From an uncultured Acidobacteriaceae bacterium (lineage in GTDB: Bacteria > Acidobacteriota > Terriglobia > Terriglobales > Acidobacteriaceae): a stretch of DNA of 64,000 nt. The position numbers and the translations under genes are program-made. A model generated the notes under the pieces. It was not told where the DNA came from, ran no database searches, and saw only the letters and a list, made by a program, of their open reading frames with translations. This document shows positions 29,314 through 39,464 of this stretch, one piece after another (position 1 is the stretch's first letter; the number at the start of each line of letters is the position of its first letter). The stretch lies in NCBI GenBank assembly GCA_964236945.1, contig CAXSGC010000001.1, positions 107,341 to 171,340 on the forward strand, read 5' to 3'.

Positions 29314-29509
29314 GAGCGGGTGGGATCTGCGATGGCGTGCCGAGCTGAGCGCAGCCAATTTCCAAAGGACGCTCTCCGGCGTCAAATGAAGTCGGTTCTG
29401 GGATCTCGCCCATTGCGGTGTTGGGGCGGTGTGCGTCTGGGGCTTGGAAGGTTGAGGTGCGCCGCCGCCGGAAGTTGAAGCGCCGATGCGCCGGGCCGCT
29501 AGATTCCCG

Positions 29510-29539
29510 TTGACAAATGATGAGAGCGCTGTGAATATT
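29510..29539 (+). promoter_or_regulatory. Possible sigma-70 promoter for the LysR gene
   Basis: Perfect TTGACA at 29510 followed 17-18 bp later by a weak -10 (GAATAT or AATATT). Confidence 0.35.
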
Positions 29540-29678
29540 GGGCTACACCGCTACTCATTTTCAGGAAATTGCTGTATTTCGACGTAGCTCTCTCCCTTGC
29601 CACAACCTAGACGTTGTCCCTTGCTTTGGCAGCCCGTAGCAGACGCACAGGTTTCTCTCACGATACCGAGGCTCTCCT

Positions 29679-30788
29679 TTGGACTTCAGAATCAGGCAGC
29701 TGCAGTGTTTTCTGACGCTTGCGGACCTTTTGCACTACGGCAAGACGGCGCGCGTGCTGTACATGAGCCAGCCGACGATCACGTTTCAGATCAAGTCGCT
29801 CGAAGAGGCGTTTGGGGCGAAGCTGTTTGAGCGCAGCCGGCAGCAGGTGCGGCTGACGGCGGCCGGCGTGGCGTTTCGGGAGTATGCGCAGACGATTCTT
29901 GCGACCGTAAAAGAGGCGCGATCGCGTCTGGGCGACATGGATTCCAGACTGCGGCTGAAGGTGGGCTGCGGTGCGTTGGGGCAGACGGTGCTCCTGCCGG
30001 CGGTGATTCGCACCCTGGCGGCGGAGTTTCCGAGCTTTGAGCTCGCGGTGATGGAGCTGACGACCGAGCAGCAGAGGCTGCGGCTCCTGGAGGGTTCGGT
30101 CGATGCGCTTTTGATGGTGGAGGAGATGTCGATCCCGCGCGTGAAGTTTGAGCTGATTCGGGCGGAGCCTCTGGTGGCGATGGTGGCGCGGGGGAGCCCG
30201 CTCGCGTCGCGCGGGAGCATCTCGGTCGAGGAGCTGCGGCGGACACCCCTGATCGCGTCGCGCGGCAAGGATGGTCAGATGCAGCAGGCGCATCTTCGCC
30301 GGCTGTTGCTGACGTGGGGAATCGCGCCGCGGGTGGTGGAGGCGCCGGAGTCGACCGCGGTGGTGCTGGCCTATGCGGCGGCGGGGGAGGGCCTGGCGAT
30401 TGTGGCGGAGTCGGTCGGTCTGGCCGGGTTTCCGGGTTTAGCCATGCTGCGTTTCGAGGAGGAGATTTCGCCGATTGCGCTCGGTCTGGCGTCGACGGAA
30501 GGCAACGGGAGCGAGGCTTTGGCGGTCTTTCGCGAGGTGGTGATGCGGTGCGCGGGGCGGCCGGAGGTGTGGATCTGCTCGGGGTCTGAGACGGAATCCG
30601 GAGGGGACTTCGGGCCGGAGGAGGCGTGGGGCGCGGTTGGGCAGAGCGCTCTGCCGCCGGTCGGCGCGGCCGAGTTGCGGAGCAGGGATCTCGCGTTGCG
30701 GGGTGCGCGACCGCGTGCTGTCGGGGCTGTCGGACACTACAGGTCGTCGAGGTCGACGGCCGGTCGGGATGTGCGTCTGGAGGCTTGA
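29679..30788 (+). CDS. LysR-family transcriptional regulator with about 75 aa C-terminal extension
   Basis: [39 protein letters not shown] and LTAAG, then a substrate-binding domain. Confidence 0.92.
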   Translation: MDFRIRQLQCFLTLADLLHYGKTARVLYMSQPTITFQIKSLEEAFGAKLFERSRQQVRLTAAGVAFREYAQTILATVKEARSRLGDMDSRLRLKVGCGALGQTVLLPAVIRTLAAEFPSFELAVMELTTEQQRLRLLEGSVDALLMVEEMSIPRVKFELIRAEPLVAMVARGSPLASRGSISVEELRRTPLIASRGKDGQMQQAHLRRLLLTWGIAPRVVEAPESTAVVLAYAAAGEGLAIVAESVGLAGFPGLAMLRFEEEISPIALGLASTEGNGSEALAVFREVVMRCAGRPEVWICSGSETESGGDFGPEEAWGAVGQSALPPVGAAELRSRDLALRGARPRAVGAVGHYRSSRSTAGRDVRLEA

Positions 30789-30838
30789 GGGGACGGTCGC
30801 TGGGCGAACGGAACGCGCGTAAAATCAAGGCGACACCC

Positions 30839-31462
30839 ATGGTCTTCGTTCTCGACAACTACGACTCGTTTACCTACAACCTGGTGCAGTATATGGGCGA
30901 GTTGGGCGCGGAGATGGTGATCCGTCGCAACGACGAGGTGACGCCGGAGGAGGTGGAGGCGATGCGTCCGGAGCGCATTGTGATCTCGCCGGGGCCGTGT
31001 ACGCCGGCGGAGGCGGGGATCAGCGTGGGCCTGATCCGGCACTATGCGGAGATGGGTCTGCGGGACGAGGCGGAGGGGCGGAAGTCCGCCGGGCGGAGGG
31101 TGCCGATTCTGGGTGTCTGCCTGGGGCATCAGGCGATCGGGGCGGCGTTTGGGGGTCTGGTGGTGCGGGCACCGAAGCTGATGCACGGAAAGACGAGCGA
31201 GGTGGCGCACGACGGTCGGACGATCTTCGACGGGATCGGGTCGGCGATGACGTGTACGCGGTATCACTCGTTGATTGTGCGCGAGGAGGGTCTGCCGGCG
31301 GATCTGGAGATCTCGGCGCGGAGCGAGCCCGATGATGCAGGAGAGACGCTGATTATGGGTCTCAGGCATCGAACGTTGCCGATCGAAGGTGTGCAGTTTC
31401 ATCCGGAGAGCGTCCTGACGCGGGACGGTCGGCAGCTGATCCGCAATTTTCTGTCGATGTAG
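30839..31462 (+). CDS. trpG: Anthranilate / aminodeoxychorismate synthase component II (glutamine amidotransferase)
   Basis: [47 protein letters not shown]. Confidence 0.95.
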   Translation: MVFVLDNYDSFTYNLVQYMGELGAEMVIRRNDEVTPEEVEAMRPERIVISPGPCTPAEAGISVGLIRHYAEMGLRDEAEGRKSAGRRVPILGVCLGHQAIGAAFGGLVVRAPKLMHGKTSEVAHDGRTIFDGIGSAMTCTRYHSLIVREEGLPADLEISARSEPDDAGETLIMGLRHRTLPIEGVQFHPESVLTRDGRQLIRNFLSM

Positions 31463-31473
31463 TCTGGACGGAT

Positions 31474-32586
31474 ATGGAGAGGCTGCGAATCTGGTGGATC
31501 GGGCGATGGGCTTTGTCGGCGATCTGCTTTGCGGGGCTTGGGAGCGGGGGCGTTGCTGCCCAGCAGCAGGGATCGGCCGTGATCGGCGACTTGCGGCTTT
31601 CGGATGCGACCGTCTCCGGCGCGATGGAGGTGACGGGCGACCGTGCGGTGGTGCGCGGCGGATCGACGATTACGGCAAAGGGGCAGACGGCGGATCTGCG
31701 GCTGGAGCGCGGCGGTGTGGTGGAGGTGTGCGCGACTAGCAGGGTCCATGTGACGTCGGGCGCGAGCGCTCCGGGGGTGCCGGCGCCTCTGTTGTTTGCT
31801 CTGGAGCGCGGGGCGATGGAGCTGCGAACGGTTGTGGATGAGCGCGATGTGGTGATCACGCCGGACCTGCGGTTTACGGTGCGTGCGCGAGGTCCGCTCG
31901 ACCTGCGGATGCGCGTGACGCAGAACGGCGACACGTGCGTGGAGGGCGTGGGCGGGCGGGCGCCGGCGCTTGAGATTGTGGACCAGTTTGGGACGGCGAG
32001 CTATGAGCTGCGCGCCGGGCAGCATGTGTTGTTTGAGCATGCGAGCCTGCGCGAGGTGGTGGATCACGAGACGTCGCCGTGCGGGTGTCCGCCGCCGTTG
32101 CCCGCGGTGTCGGTGGCGGAGAGTGGAAGGTCGGCTCTGCCGGGCGAGCGTGTGGCGGCGCCGGGTGAGCGGGGCTCGGGCGCGGCGGCACAGCATCCGT
32201 TTCCGGCGGCGGAGAGTCAGGGTCTGACGGCGGAGTCTGCCGGGGCGAGCGTACCTCAGGCGAAGCCGGGCGAGGTGCACGCGGCGGTGGCGGCGACGCT
32301 GAGCTACGACGCGGCTGGGGGCGGGGCCGGGGCGGGATCTGGGGCTGGATCTGGGCCGGGGGCGGGAGCTGGAAGCGGTGCTTCTGCTCCGGCGCCGGGG
32401 GCGTCGGCGGGCAGTGCGAGCGCGGCGACGTCGGCGGCCGCTCCCGGGGCATCGGCTGGCGGTCCGCAGACATCTGGAGATGTGCGGGCGGTCGCTCCGC
32501 CTCCTTCACCGCCGACACCTCCAGGGGCGACCGACATTGCGCACCGGATCGGGCGGTTCTTTCGCCGACTCTTTGGCGGGGGGTAG
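31474..32586 (+). CDS. Hypothetical secreted protein
   Basis: Signal peptide, beta-rich N-terminal domain, Ala/Gly/Pro-rich linker and an amphipathic C-terminus (RIGRFFRRLFGGG). Confidence 0.7.
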   Translation: MERLRIWWIGRWALSAICFAGLGSGGVAAQQQGSAVIGDLRLSDATVSGAMEVTGDRAVVRGGSTITAKGQTADLRLERGGVVEVCATSRVHVTSGASAPGVPAPLLFALERGAMELRTVVDERDVVITPDLRFTVRARGPLDLRMRVTQNGDTCVEGVGGRAPALEIVDQFGTASYELRAGQHVLFEHASLREVVDHETSPCGCPPPLPAVSVAESGRSALPGERVAAPGERGSGAAAQHPFPAAESQGLTAESAGASVPQAKPGEVHAAVAATLSYDAAGGGAGAGSGAGSGPGAGAGSGASAPAPGASAGSASAATSAAAPGASAGGPQTSGDVRAVAPPPSPPTPPGATDIAHRIGRFFRRLFGGG

Positions 32587-32686
32587 ACGCCCGGCAGAGG
32601 CCCGGGAAGCGTCACGGTACTTCGGTACTTCCGTGCCGCGAGACCGTGGATCGCCGGAAAACCGGGACGGCTATGCTGAAGGAGCG

Positions 32687-33757
32687 ATGTCCACCACCCC
32701 CTCCTCGACCGCTGCCCGCACGTACTACCCGGAGCTGGACGGTGTGCGTGCGATCGCGGCGATGATGGTGATCTTTTTTCATATGGGGCAGATGGGCATC
32801 CCGTTGCGCGGGCCGGTCAGCTTTGGGCAGAGCGGTGTGGATCTCTTCTTTGTGCTCTCCGGTTTTCTGATCACGTCGATTCTTTTGAAGGCGCGCCCGG
32901 AGGATTGGAGCGAGGTGCGGAAGTTCTACGTCCGGCGCAGCCTGCGCATCTTTCCGCTGTACTACGGGTACCTGATCGTGGCGACGATCCTGGGCGCCGG
33001 TGTGACGGGATGGTATTGGGTGTACCTGCAGAATTTTCGGATCGCGATGGGCGCGCCGATGGGCGAGACCGGCCACTTCTGGTCGCTTGCGGTGGAGGAG
33101 CAGTTTTACCTCCTATGGCCGTTTCTGGTCCTCTTCCTGCCGCGCAGGCACCTGCTGAAGGCGCTATGGCTGATGCTGGCGGGAGGCATCCTTTGCCGGG
33201 CTGTTCTGGTGACCAGATCGCACGTGGACGTGTTTTACCTGACGCTGACGCGGCTGGATGGGCTGTGCGGTGGAGCGCTTCTGGCGGTGTATCAGTATCG
33301 TGGCGTGCTCCACCGGATGCGGGGCCTGTTGATGCTGTTGGGGGGTGTGGCGTTTGTGCTGGTGGGATGGCAGGGGATGCTGTACCACGGCGACGCTCTG
33401 CCCTGGGTTGAGGTCACCAAGTACACCTTTGTGAGCTCTCTGTTTACCTCGGGCATCGGTCTGCTTCTGCTGAGTTCGCGGACGTGGCTGACAGGATGGC
33501 TTGCCTGGACGCCGATGCGCTTTCTGGGCCGGATCAGCTATGGCCTGTATGTCTTTCATCCCGCGGTGCTGGGATTTTGTTTTTCGCACCTGCAGGGGAG
33601 CCCGGCGGTGGTGCGATCGGGTGCGGGGCTTTTGTTGACGCTGGGGGTCGCCGTTCTGAGCTGGTATGGGTATGAAAAGCCGTTTTTGCGGATGAAGGAT
33701 AGATGGGCGCCGGAGATGAAGTTTTCGGCTTCGGCGGTGGCGCACACTCCGGGCTGA
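32687..33757 (+). CDS. Acyltransferase family 3 (OafA-like membrane O-acyltransferase)
   Basis: SD AAGGAG; ELDGVRAIA, GVDLFFVLSGFLIT, RRSLRIFPLYY, HFWSLAVEEQFY, GRISYGLYVFH, YEKP. Confidence 0.94.
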   Translation: MSTTPSSTAARTYYPELDGVRAIAAMMVIFFHMGQMGIPLRGPVSFGQSGVDLFFVLSGFLITSILLKARPEDWSEVRKFYVRRSLRIFPLYYGYLIVATILGAGVTGWYWVYLQNFRIAMGAPMGETGHFWSLAVEEQFYLLWPFLVLFLPRRHLLKALWLMLAGGILCRAVLVTRSHVDVFYLTLTRLDGLCGGALLAVYQYRGVLHRMRGLLMLLGGVAFVLVGWQGMLYHGDALPWVEVTKYTFVSSLFTSGIGLLLLSSRTWLTGWLAWTPMRFLGRISYGLYVFHPAVLGFCFSHLQGSPAVVRSGAGLLLTLGVAVLSWYGYEKPFLRMKDRWAPEMKFSASAVAHTPG

Positions 33758-33931
33758 CGGCAGGATTGCGCCCTGGGTGAGGCACCGGCGAGGTGTGCTC
33801 GGCGGGATGTGCCGGGGGAGTCTCGGAGGCGTTTGCTGCGCTACAATCAGGCTGTCGCCGCGCCCCGGCGACCCGTGGACAGTGGGTCTGCCGCTGCCAC
33901 TCCTTTCAACACGATCTGAGGTCTTTTCGTT

Positions 33932-34489
33932 ATGTCGATTCCCGCAACGCAGATGCGCCCGGGTATGATTATCAAGTTCAAAGACGACCTTCACCTGGTG
34001 TTTTCAGTGGAGCACAGAACGCCCGGCAACCTCCGCGCGTTTATCCAGGCCAAGCTGCGCAACGTTCGTACGGGAGCGATGTATGTGGAGCGATTTCGAT
34101 CGCCCGACCCGATCGATCGGGTGATCGTCGACGAGATCAAGATGGAGTTCCTGTACAACGATGGCGACGAGTACTACTTCATGGACGACAAGTACGAGCA
34201 GACCATGCTGACGCACGACACGCTGGGCGATGCGGTGGAGTACCTCCTGCCGAATCTCTCGATCAGCGTCAGTTTTCACGATGGCAAGGCGGTCGGGATT
34301 GAGCTTCCGGGTGTGGTCGAGATGACGGTGGTCGAGACGGAGCCGGGGATCAAGTCGGCCACAGCGTCGAGCGTCACCAAGCCGGCAAAGACCGAGACCG
34401 GCCTGGTGGTGCAGGTGCCTCCGTTTATCAACGAGGGCGAGAAGATCCGGGTCGATACGGCGGAAGGCGCGTACATGAGTCGGGCATAG
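33932..34489 (+). CDS. efp: Translation elongation factor P
   Basis: HRTPGNLRAF, KLRNV, ETEPGIK, KPAKTETG, VPPFINEGEKIRVDT. Confidence 0.97.
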   Translation: MSIPATQMRPGMIIKFKDDLHLVFSVEHRTPGNLRAFIQAKLRNVRTGAMYVERFRSPDPIDRVIVDEIKMEFLYNDGDEYYFMDDKYEQTMLTHDTLGDAVEYLLPNLSISVSFHDGKAVGIELPGVVEMTVVETEPGIKSATASSVTKPAKTETGLVVQVPPFINEGEKIRVDTAEGAYMSRA

Positions 34490-34579
34490 AGGCTGGACGC
34501 AGCTTGGCAACCATCAGCGGTGCTGAGTGCAGAGACGCACTCTATCGACTACGCTATGAGAGCCACTTAGACTAACGGC

Positions 34580-34861
34580 ATGGTTGCTCATTTTCTGGTC
34601 AAAGGCCGTGTGCAGGGCGTGGGGTTTCGCTGGTTTGTTCAGCGCGAGGCGGCCGAGCTTGCTCTGCGCGGATGGGTGCGCAACACGGACGACGGATGTG
34701 TCGAGATTGTGGCTGCGGGCGCGCCGGAGCTGCTCGCCGAGCTGCGCACGGCACTCAAAAAAGGCTCGCGCGGAAGCCGGGTCGATGCCATCGTTGAACA
34801 CGAGCTCGACGAGAGTCAGGCAGCGGGGCTTGAAAGCTTTGAGATTCAGGGGGCGTGGTAG
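34580..34861 (+). CDS. acyP: Acylphosphatase
   Basis: GRVQGVGFR, GWVRNTDDG. Confidence 0.95.
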   Translation: MVAHFLVKGRVQGVGFRWFVQREAAELALRGWVRNTDDGCVEIVAAGAPELLAELRTALKKGSRGSRVDAIVEHELDESQAAGLESFEIQGAW

Positions 34862-34867
34862 AGGACG

Positions 34868-35407
34868 ATGGCAAAGCCGATCGACTGTGAGCCGCTGAAG
34901 GACCTGATCCGGACGATTCCGGACTTTCCGAAGCCGGGAATCCTGTTCTACGACATCACGACGCTGCTGAAGGACAAGCGCGGATTTGCGCAGCTGATCG
35001 ACGCGTTTGCGGCGTACTACATCGGCAAGGAGGTGGACCTGGTGCTGGGCATCGAGGCGCGCGGTTTCATCTTTGGGCCGGCGCTTGCGTATCGCCTGAA
35101 CGCCGGATTTGTGCCCGTGCGCAAGCCGAAGAAGCTGCCTGGACCGGCGGCCAAGGTGACTTATGACCTGGAGTACGGCACCGATTCGCTTGAGATTCAC
35201 CTGGATGCGATCGAGCCGGGGCAGCGCGTCGTCATCGTCGACGATCTTTTGGCGACCGGCGGAACGATGGAGGCTACCGTGCAGCTGGTGCGTCAGCTGG
35301 GCGGCGAGGTGGTTGGGCTCGGATTTGCGATCGAGCTGGACTTTCTGAAGGGACGCGCACGGTTCAGCGAGTACGACGTCCTGAGCCTGCTGCACTATAA
35401 CGAGTAG
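34868..35407 (+). CDS. apt: Adenine phosphoribosyltransferase
   Basis: [46 protein letters not shown]. Confidence 0.97.
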   Translation: MAKPIDCEPLKDLIRTIPDFPKPGILFYDITTLLKDKRGFAQLIDAFAAYYIGKEVDLVLGIEARGFIFGPALAYRLNAGFVPVRKPKKLPGPAAKVTYDLEYGTDSLEIHLDAIEPGQRVVIVDDLLATGGTMEATVQLVRQLGGEVVGLGFAIELDFLKGRARFSEYDVLSLLHYNE

Positions 35408-35454
35408 ACGAGGCGACGACGCGACGAGGAGGCGAGGCGACGAGACGCTCGGAT

Positions 35455-36495
35455 ATGCTGGAGTCCGTGGACCTTCGATTTCCCAGACTCAGCCGACAAA
35501 CGCGCTACTCTCTGCTGATTGCCTTTCTGTTATTTGCGGGGCTTGCCCTGGCGGTCTGGCTTCGCAAGCAGGCGCCGCCCGAGGTGGCGCGGCTGTTGCC
35601 GGAGTCGGACGCCATCCTCTACGCCAATCTGAAACCTCTGCGGTCGGCGACGCACTTCGATCGGACGCCGGTGGAGCGCAGCGCGGAGTACGCGCAGTTT
35701 ATCGCCGCCACGGGAATCGTTCCCGAACGGGATCTGGACGCGGTCGCCTTTGCCTTGCAGCGCATGGACGACCCGAACGGGCCCAACGGTTCGGTCGCGT
35801 ACTCGGAGGTGTTCGAGGGACGGTTCGACGGCGATCGGCTGCGGCAGTATCTTCGCTCCATCGCGACGCAGGTGGAGCCGTACGCCGGCCATGACATCTT
35901 TACTATTCCGGTCGGGGAGGCGGTCGAGGGGCGGCGTCGGCAGCTGCGCGTGGTGCAGCTCGGGTATGACACGATCGCTGCGTCGAACACGCCGACGGCG
36001 GAGCAGATTCATCTGATTCTGGATCGGCATCGATCGGCGGCGCTGCCGTTTTCCGGATCGTCTCTCCTGGCGGCGCGCTACGGCGACGTGCCTCTGCTTT
36101 CGAGCGCGTGGGCCATCGGGCACGTCGGTCTGCCGTTTTCGGAGCGCGGCCGGATCTCGGTGTTCGGCCTTCAGCTGCCGCTTGCGGAGGACACGACGTT
36201 TGTTGCGAGCGTGCGGTATATCGGCTCCGTTCGGCTGCGGGTGGAGGAGCTTGCGCCAAGCGAGACGGAGGCGGCTCGGACGGCCGAGACCCTGCGAAGC
36301 CTGCTGGCGCTTGTGGGTCAGTTTGAGATGGCTCGGGCGGGCGTGACGGGCGGGTCCGAGGATCCGGCGCTGAGAGAGGCACTTGCCTCCGTGAAGGTGG
36401 AGCAGCACAAGGATCGCGCGGTCCTTACGGCGGCGGTTCCGGTGGAACTTCTGCGGCAGATGGCGGGAGCGCCGACGGATTCTACCCGACGATAG
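35455..36495 (+). CDS. Hypothetical membrane-anchored protein
   Basis: Single N-terminal TM helix, long soluble domain, normal codon usage. Confidence 0.7.
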   Translation: MLESVDLRFPRLSRQTRYSLLIAFLLFAGLALAVWLRKQAPPEVARLLPESDAILYANLKPLRSATHFDRTPVERSAEYAQFIAATGIVPERDLDAVAFALQRMDDPNGPNGSVAYSEVFEGRFDGDRLRQYLRSIATQVEPYAGHDIFTIPVGEAVEGRRRQLRVVQLGYDTIAASNTPTAEQIHLILDRHRSAALPFSGSSLLAARYGDVPLLSSAWAIGHVGLPFSERGRISVFGLQLPLAEDTTFVASVRYIGSVRLRVEELAPSETEAARTAETLRSLLALVGQFEMARAGVTGGSEDPALREALASVKVEQHKDRAVLTAAVPVELLRQMAGAPTDSTRR

Positions 36496-36586
36496 GGCCT
36501 GGATGGCGGTAACCTCGGCGAGCGAGCGGCATCTTAGAGGAGTACCCTGAGAAATCTCGCAGAGAGGACTAAAGTTTAGGAGTTTT

Positions 36587-37999
36587 ATGCCGATACAGAT
36601 GTCAGAGATGATGTTTCAGAGAAAATGTGGATGGGCGACCGCCGTTGTTGTGGGTTGCTCCGGTCTGGTGTTCAGCTCCGCGGCGCTGTATGGGCAGGCG
36701 ACTGCGCCGGCAAGCGGACAGGCAAATGCCCCAGGCACGGGACAGACGATTACCGGCAAGGCGGCCTTTACCGACTACTCGCAGGAGCATCCGGGCGTTC
36801 GCCGCCGGATCACGGTCGCGGACCTTCCGCAGCCGATGGAGGACACGTCGGTCGACAACGGCCCGAGCGTTGTTCCGCGTCCCGAGGGTGCCTGGCCACA
36901 GGCGCCGGCCGGCTTCAAGGTCGAGCTTTATGCGCAGGGCTTTACCGAGCCGCGACTGATCCGCACCGCACCGAATGGCGACTTGTTCCTTGCCGATTCG
37001 CACGCCGACAAGATCTGGGTGCTGCGCGGCGTCGGCCCTGACGGCAAGGTGCAGCAGAAAGAGGTCTACACGACGCTGGTGGACCCGAACGGCAAGTCGC
37101 TGCCGTTCGGCATCAATTTTTATCCCGCGAACAATCCGAAGTGGGTGTACGTGGCGAACACCGTCAATGTTGTCCGGTTCCCGTATAAGACGGGCGATCT
37201 GCACGCCAGCGGACCGGCCGAGGTGGTCGTCAAGGAGCTTCCCGGATTTGCGCAGCTGCGCGGCGGCGGGCACTGGACGCGCGATGTTGTGTTTACGCCG
37301 GATGGCAAACACATGCTGATCTCGGTGGGCTCGGCCTCAAACGTGGACGACCCGGATACGCACCCGAATGAGTTCCATCGGGCCGATGTCCTGGAATACA
37401 CGCCGGAAGGTAAATTCATCAAGGTGTATGCGAGCGGCATTCGGAACTGTGTGGGGGAGGCGATCAACCCGGTTACGGGGCAGCTGTGGTGCTCGACCAA
37501 CGAGCGCGATCGGCTGGGCGACAACCTCGTTCCGGACTACATCACGAGCGTGCAGGAAGACGGCTTCTACGGCTGGCCGTGGTACTACATGGGTGGGCAC
37601 CAGGATCCGCGGCACCAGGGCAAACACCCCGAGCTGCAAGCCAAGGTGCTGACGCCGGATGTTTTGCTGCAGCCGCACTTCGCTTCGCTTGAGCTGACCT
37701 TTTACGAGGGCAGCCAGTTCCCTGCCAACTACAAGGGCGACGCCTTTGCCGCCGAACACGGCTCGTGGAACAAGGCGAAACGCGCCGGCTACGAGGTGAT
37801 CCGCGTTCCCATGCGGGATGGTCACGCGACCGGCGAGTACGAAGACTTTCTGACCGGCTTTGTGACGCCGGAGGGGCAGGTCTGGGGCAGGCCGGTGGGC
37901 GTCACGGTTGCCAAGGACGGTTCGCTGTTCGTCACCGACGATGGCACAAAGAGCGTCTGGCACGTGAGCTACACGGGAAGTCAGGCATCGAATCGCTAG
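36587..37999 (+). CDS. Glucose/sorbosone dehydrogenase family (PQQ-type beta-propeller)
   Basis: Signal peptide; GGGHWTR, SVGSASN, GIRNCVG, NERDRLGD, YGWP, AEHGSWN, GRPVGV, DGSLFVTDD. Confidence 0.9.
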   Translation: MPIQMSEMMFQRKCGWATAVVVGCSGLVFSSAALYGQATAPASGQANAPGTGQTITGKAAFTDYSQEHPGVRRRITVADLPQPMEDTSVDNGPSVVPRPEGAWPQAPAGFKVELYAQGFTEPRLIRTAPNGDLFLADSHADKIWVLRGVGPDGKVQQKEVYTTLVDPNGKSLPFGINFYPANNPKWVYVANTVNVVRFPYKTGDLHASGPAEVVVKELPGFAQLRGGGHWTRDVVFTPDGKHMLISVGSASNVDDPDTHPNEFHRADVLEYTPEGKFIKVYASGIRNCVGEAINPVTGQLWCSTNERDRLGDNLVPDYITSVQEDGFYGWPWYYMGGHQDPRHQGKHPELQAKVLTPDVLLQPHFASLELTFYEGSQFPANYKGDAFAAEHGSWNKAKRAGYEVIRVPMRDGHATGEYEDFLTGFVTPEGQVWGRPVGVTVAKDGSLFVTDDGTKSVWHVSYTGSQASNR

Positions 38000-38021
38000 A
38001 TCGCCGTGTCGGTTCGAAACC

Positions 38022-38053
38022 AGAAGGCGGCCCTCCGGGGTCGTCTTTCTTTT
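38022..38053 (+). terminator. Rho-independent terminator after the dehydrogenase
   Basis: AGAAGGCGGCCC-TCCG-GGGTCGTCTTTCT hairpin (with G:U pairs) followed by a T run. Confidence 0.6.
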
Positions 38054-38135
38054 GCCAGCTGCGATCGCTGGAGCGCTTACGCATTCCACGCGGGGGACTT
38101 CCCTACCCCGAGGCCGGCACTCGCTTCGCTGCCGC

Positions 38136-38184
38136 GGCTTTGGGCTTTGGGCTTCGGGCTTCGGGCTTCGGGCTTCGGGCTTCG
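38136..38184. repeat. Intergenic heptamer microsatellite GGCTT(T/C)G x7
   Basis: Two GGCTTTG then five GGCTTCG units. Confidence 0.92.
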
Positions 38185-38245
38185 AAGTAGCATGTTTGGC
38201 AACTCGACTGCATACGACAGTGCTGGCAGTCGAAGCACAAACGGT

Positions 38246-39259
38246 CTATCGGGAGGCGATGGCGGCTGATCCGCCCAGATCGGCGATCGTGCCCCGGAGA
38301 TACGGGTGCGGGTTGACGGCGAGGTCGTGGATGCGGACCTCGTAGTGCACATGGTTGCCCGTGGTGCGGCCGGAGTGGCCGACGTAGCCGATGATCTGTC
38401 CCTTGAAGACGGTCTGACCGGAGAGCACGTTGAAGCCGGACATGTGGCCGTAGCAGGTCTTGAGGCCATGGCCGTGGTCGATGACGACCTCTCTGCCGTA
38501 GCCGTTGACGACACCGGCCGTGACGACCATACCGTCGGCGGTGGCGCGAATCGGTGTGCCCAGGGGCGCCGAGATGTCGACGCCTTTGTGGAACTCGCCT
38601 TCACCGGTGCCGAGTACTGGATCTTCCCGCTGGCCGAAGCCGGAGGTGATGGGACCCATGACCGGCCACAGACTGGGCGCGATCGAGGCGTCTAGCGTCG
38701 TGTCGACGCCGGGGATGCGGTTCAAACTGTTGCGAAGCTGCGGGGCCGGAGCGACGACAGGGGCGCTGTTGTCGAGGAACCGCGTCGCCGTTCCCGAGAT
38801 CGCGGACGTTCGCAGGGCGTAGAAGGTGTCGAGCGATTTGTAGTAGCTCGCGTTGGAGAAAGAGGCGCTGTCGCCGGCCAGAGGGGCGGTCGCGGCCGCG
38901 GTCTGGGGCGCATGCGCGGTCGCCAGAGCCAGCTTCGAGGTGGTCATGCCGTAAAGCGCGGAGATCTCGGTGGCAAGCGATCCGAGGCTGGCGGCCTGAA
39001 TGTCGCGCTCATGCGCCGTCTCGGCCAGGTGGGCGTAGTCGTTCTGGAGATTGATGTGGTCGCGGCGCAGGTCGTTAAAGCGGGAGGTCTTGATGAGCAT
39101 CCGCGAGTAGGAGCCGGTGAGTCCCGTGATCGTAAACAGACCCACAACGGCGACGGCCACAAACATGTACGCGTAGTGGAGGGGGATCGGCACCTTGCTG
39201 AGCGAACCGTCGGCGCCGCGGCTGACAAGGAGGATGTAGTACCGCTTCTTCGAGATCAT
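38246..39259 (-). CDS. M23 family metallopeptidase (peptidoglycan endopeptidase-like)
   Basis: N-terminal TM and coiled coil; PSLWPV, FHKGVD, YGHMS, TGNHVHYEVR. Confidence 0.92.
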   Translation of the reverse strand: MISKKRYYILLVSRGADGSLSKVPIPLHYAYMFVAVAVVGLFTITGLTGSYSRMLIKTSRFNDLRRDHINLQNDYAHLAETAHERDIQAASLGSLATEISALYGMTTSKLALATAHAPQTAAATAPLAGDSASFSNASYYKSLDTFYALRTSAISGTATRFLDNSAPVVAPAPQLRNSLNRIPGVDTTLDASIAPSLWPVMGPITSGFGQREDPVLGTGEGEFHKGVDISAPLGTPIRATADGMVVTAGVVNGYGREVVIDHGHGLKTCYGHMSGFNVLSGQTVFKGQIIGYVGHSGRTTGNHVHYEVRIHDLAVNPHPYLRGTIADLGGSAAIASR

Positions 39260-39464
39260 GGAGATCAAAGGGGGAGGACCTGTGCCCGGGGTTTTGTCCG
39301 ACCAGAAGGGCGGCACGGAGAGCATTTGCGAAGCTGCAGAGCAGAATGGCATTTGAGACTCGTCATTCGCAATCTGCGGAGCTCACGGGGCGTTCCACTA
39401 TCTTAACAAACCGACCGGGACAATACAACTATGTCGCGATCCGGTGGGCTATGCTGCTTAGCGT

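Noticed and set aside
29222-29413. 63-aa minus-strand ORF as a transposase remnant
   Set aside because: It overlaps the repeat element and shows no recognisable transposase motif.
29540-29678. Riboswitch in the LysR leader; also a SAM riboswitch at 45710-45831
   Set aside because: No conserved aptamer sequence recognisable by eye; an Infernal scan would be needed.
38011-38100. GGTTCGAA as a tRNA T-loop
   Set aside because: No cloverleaf or acceptor stem can be built; the adjacent hairpin is better explained as a terminator.
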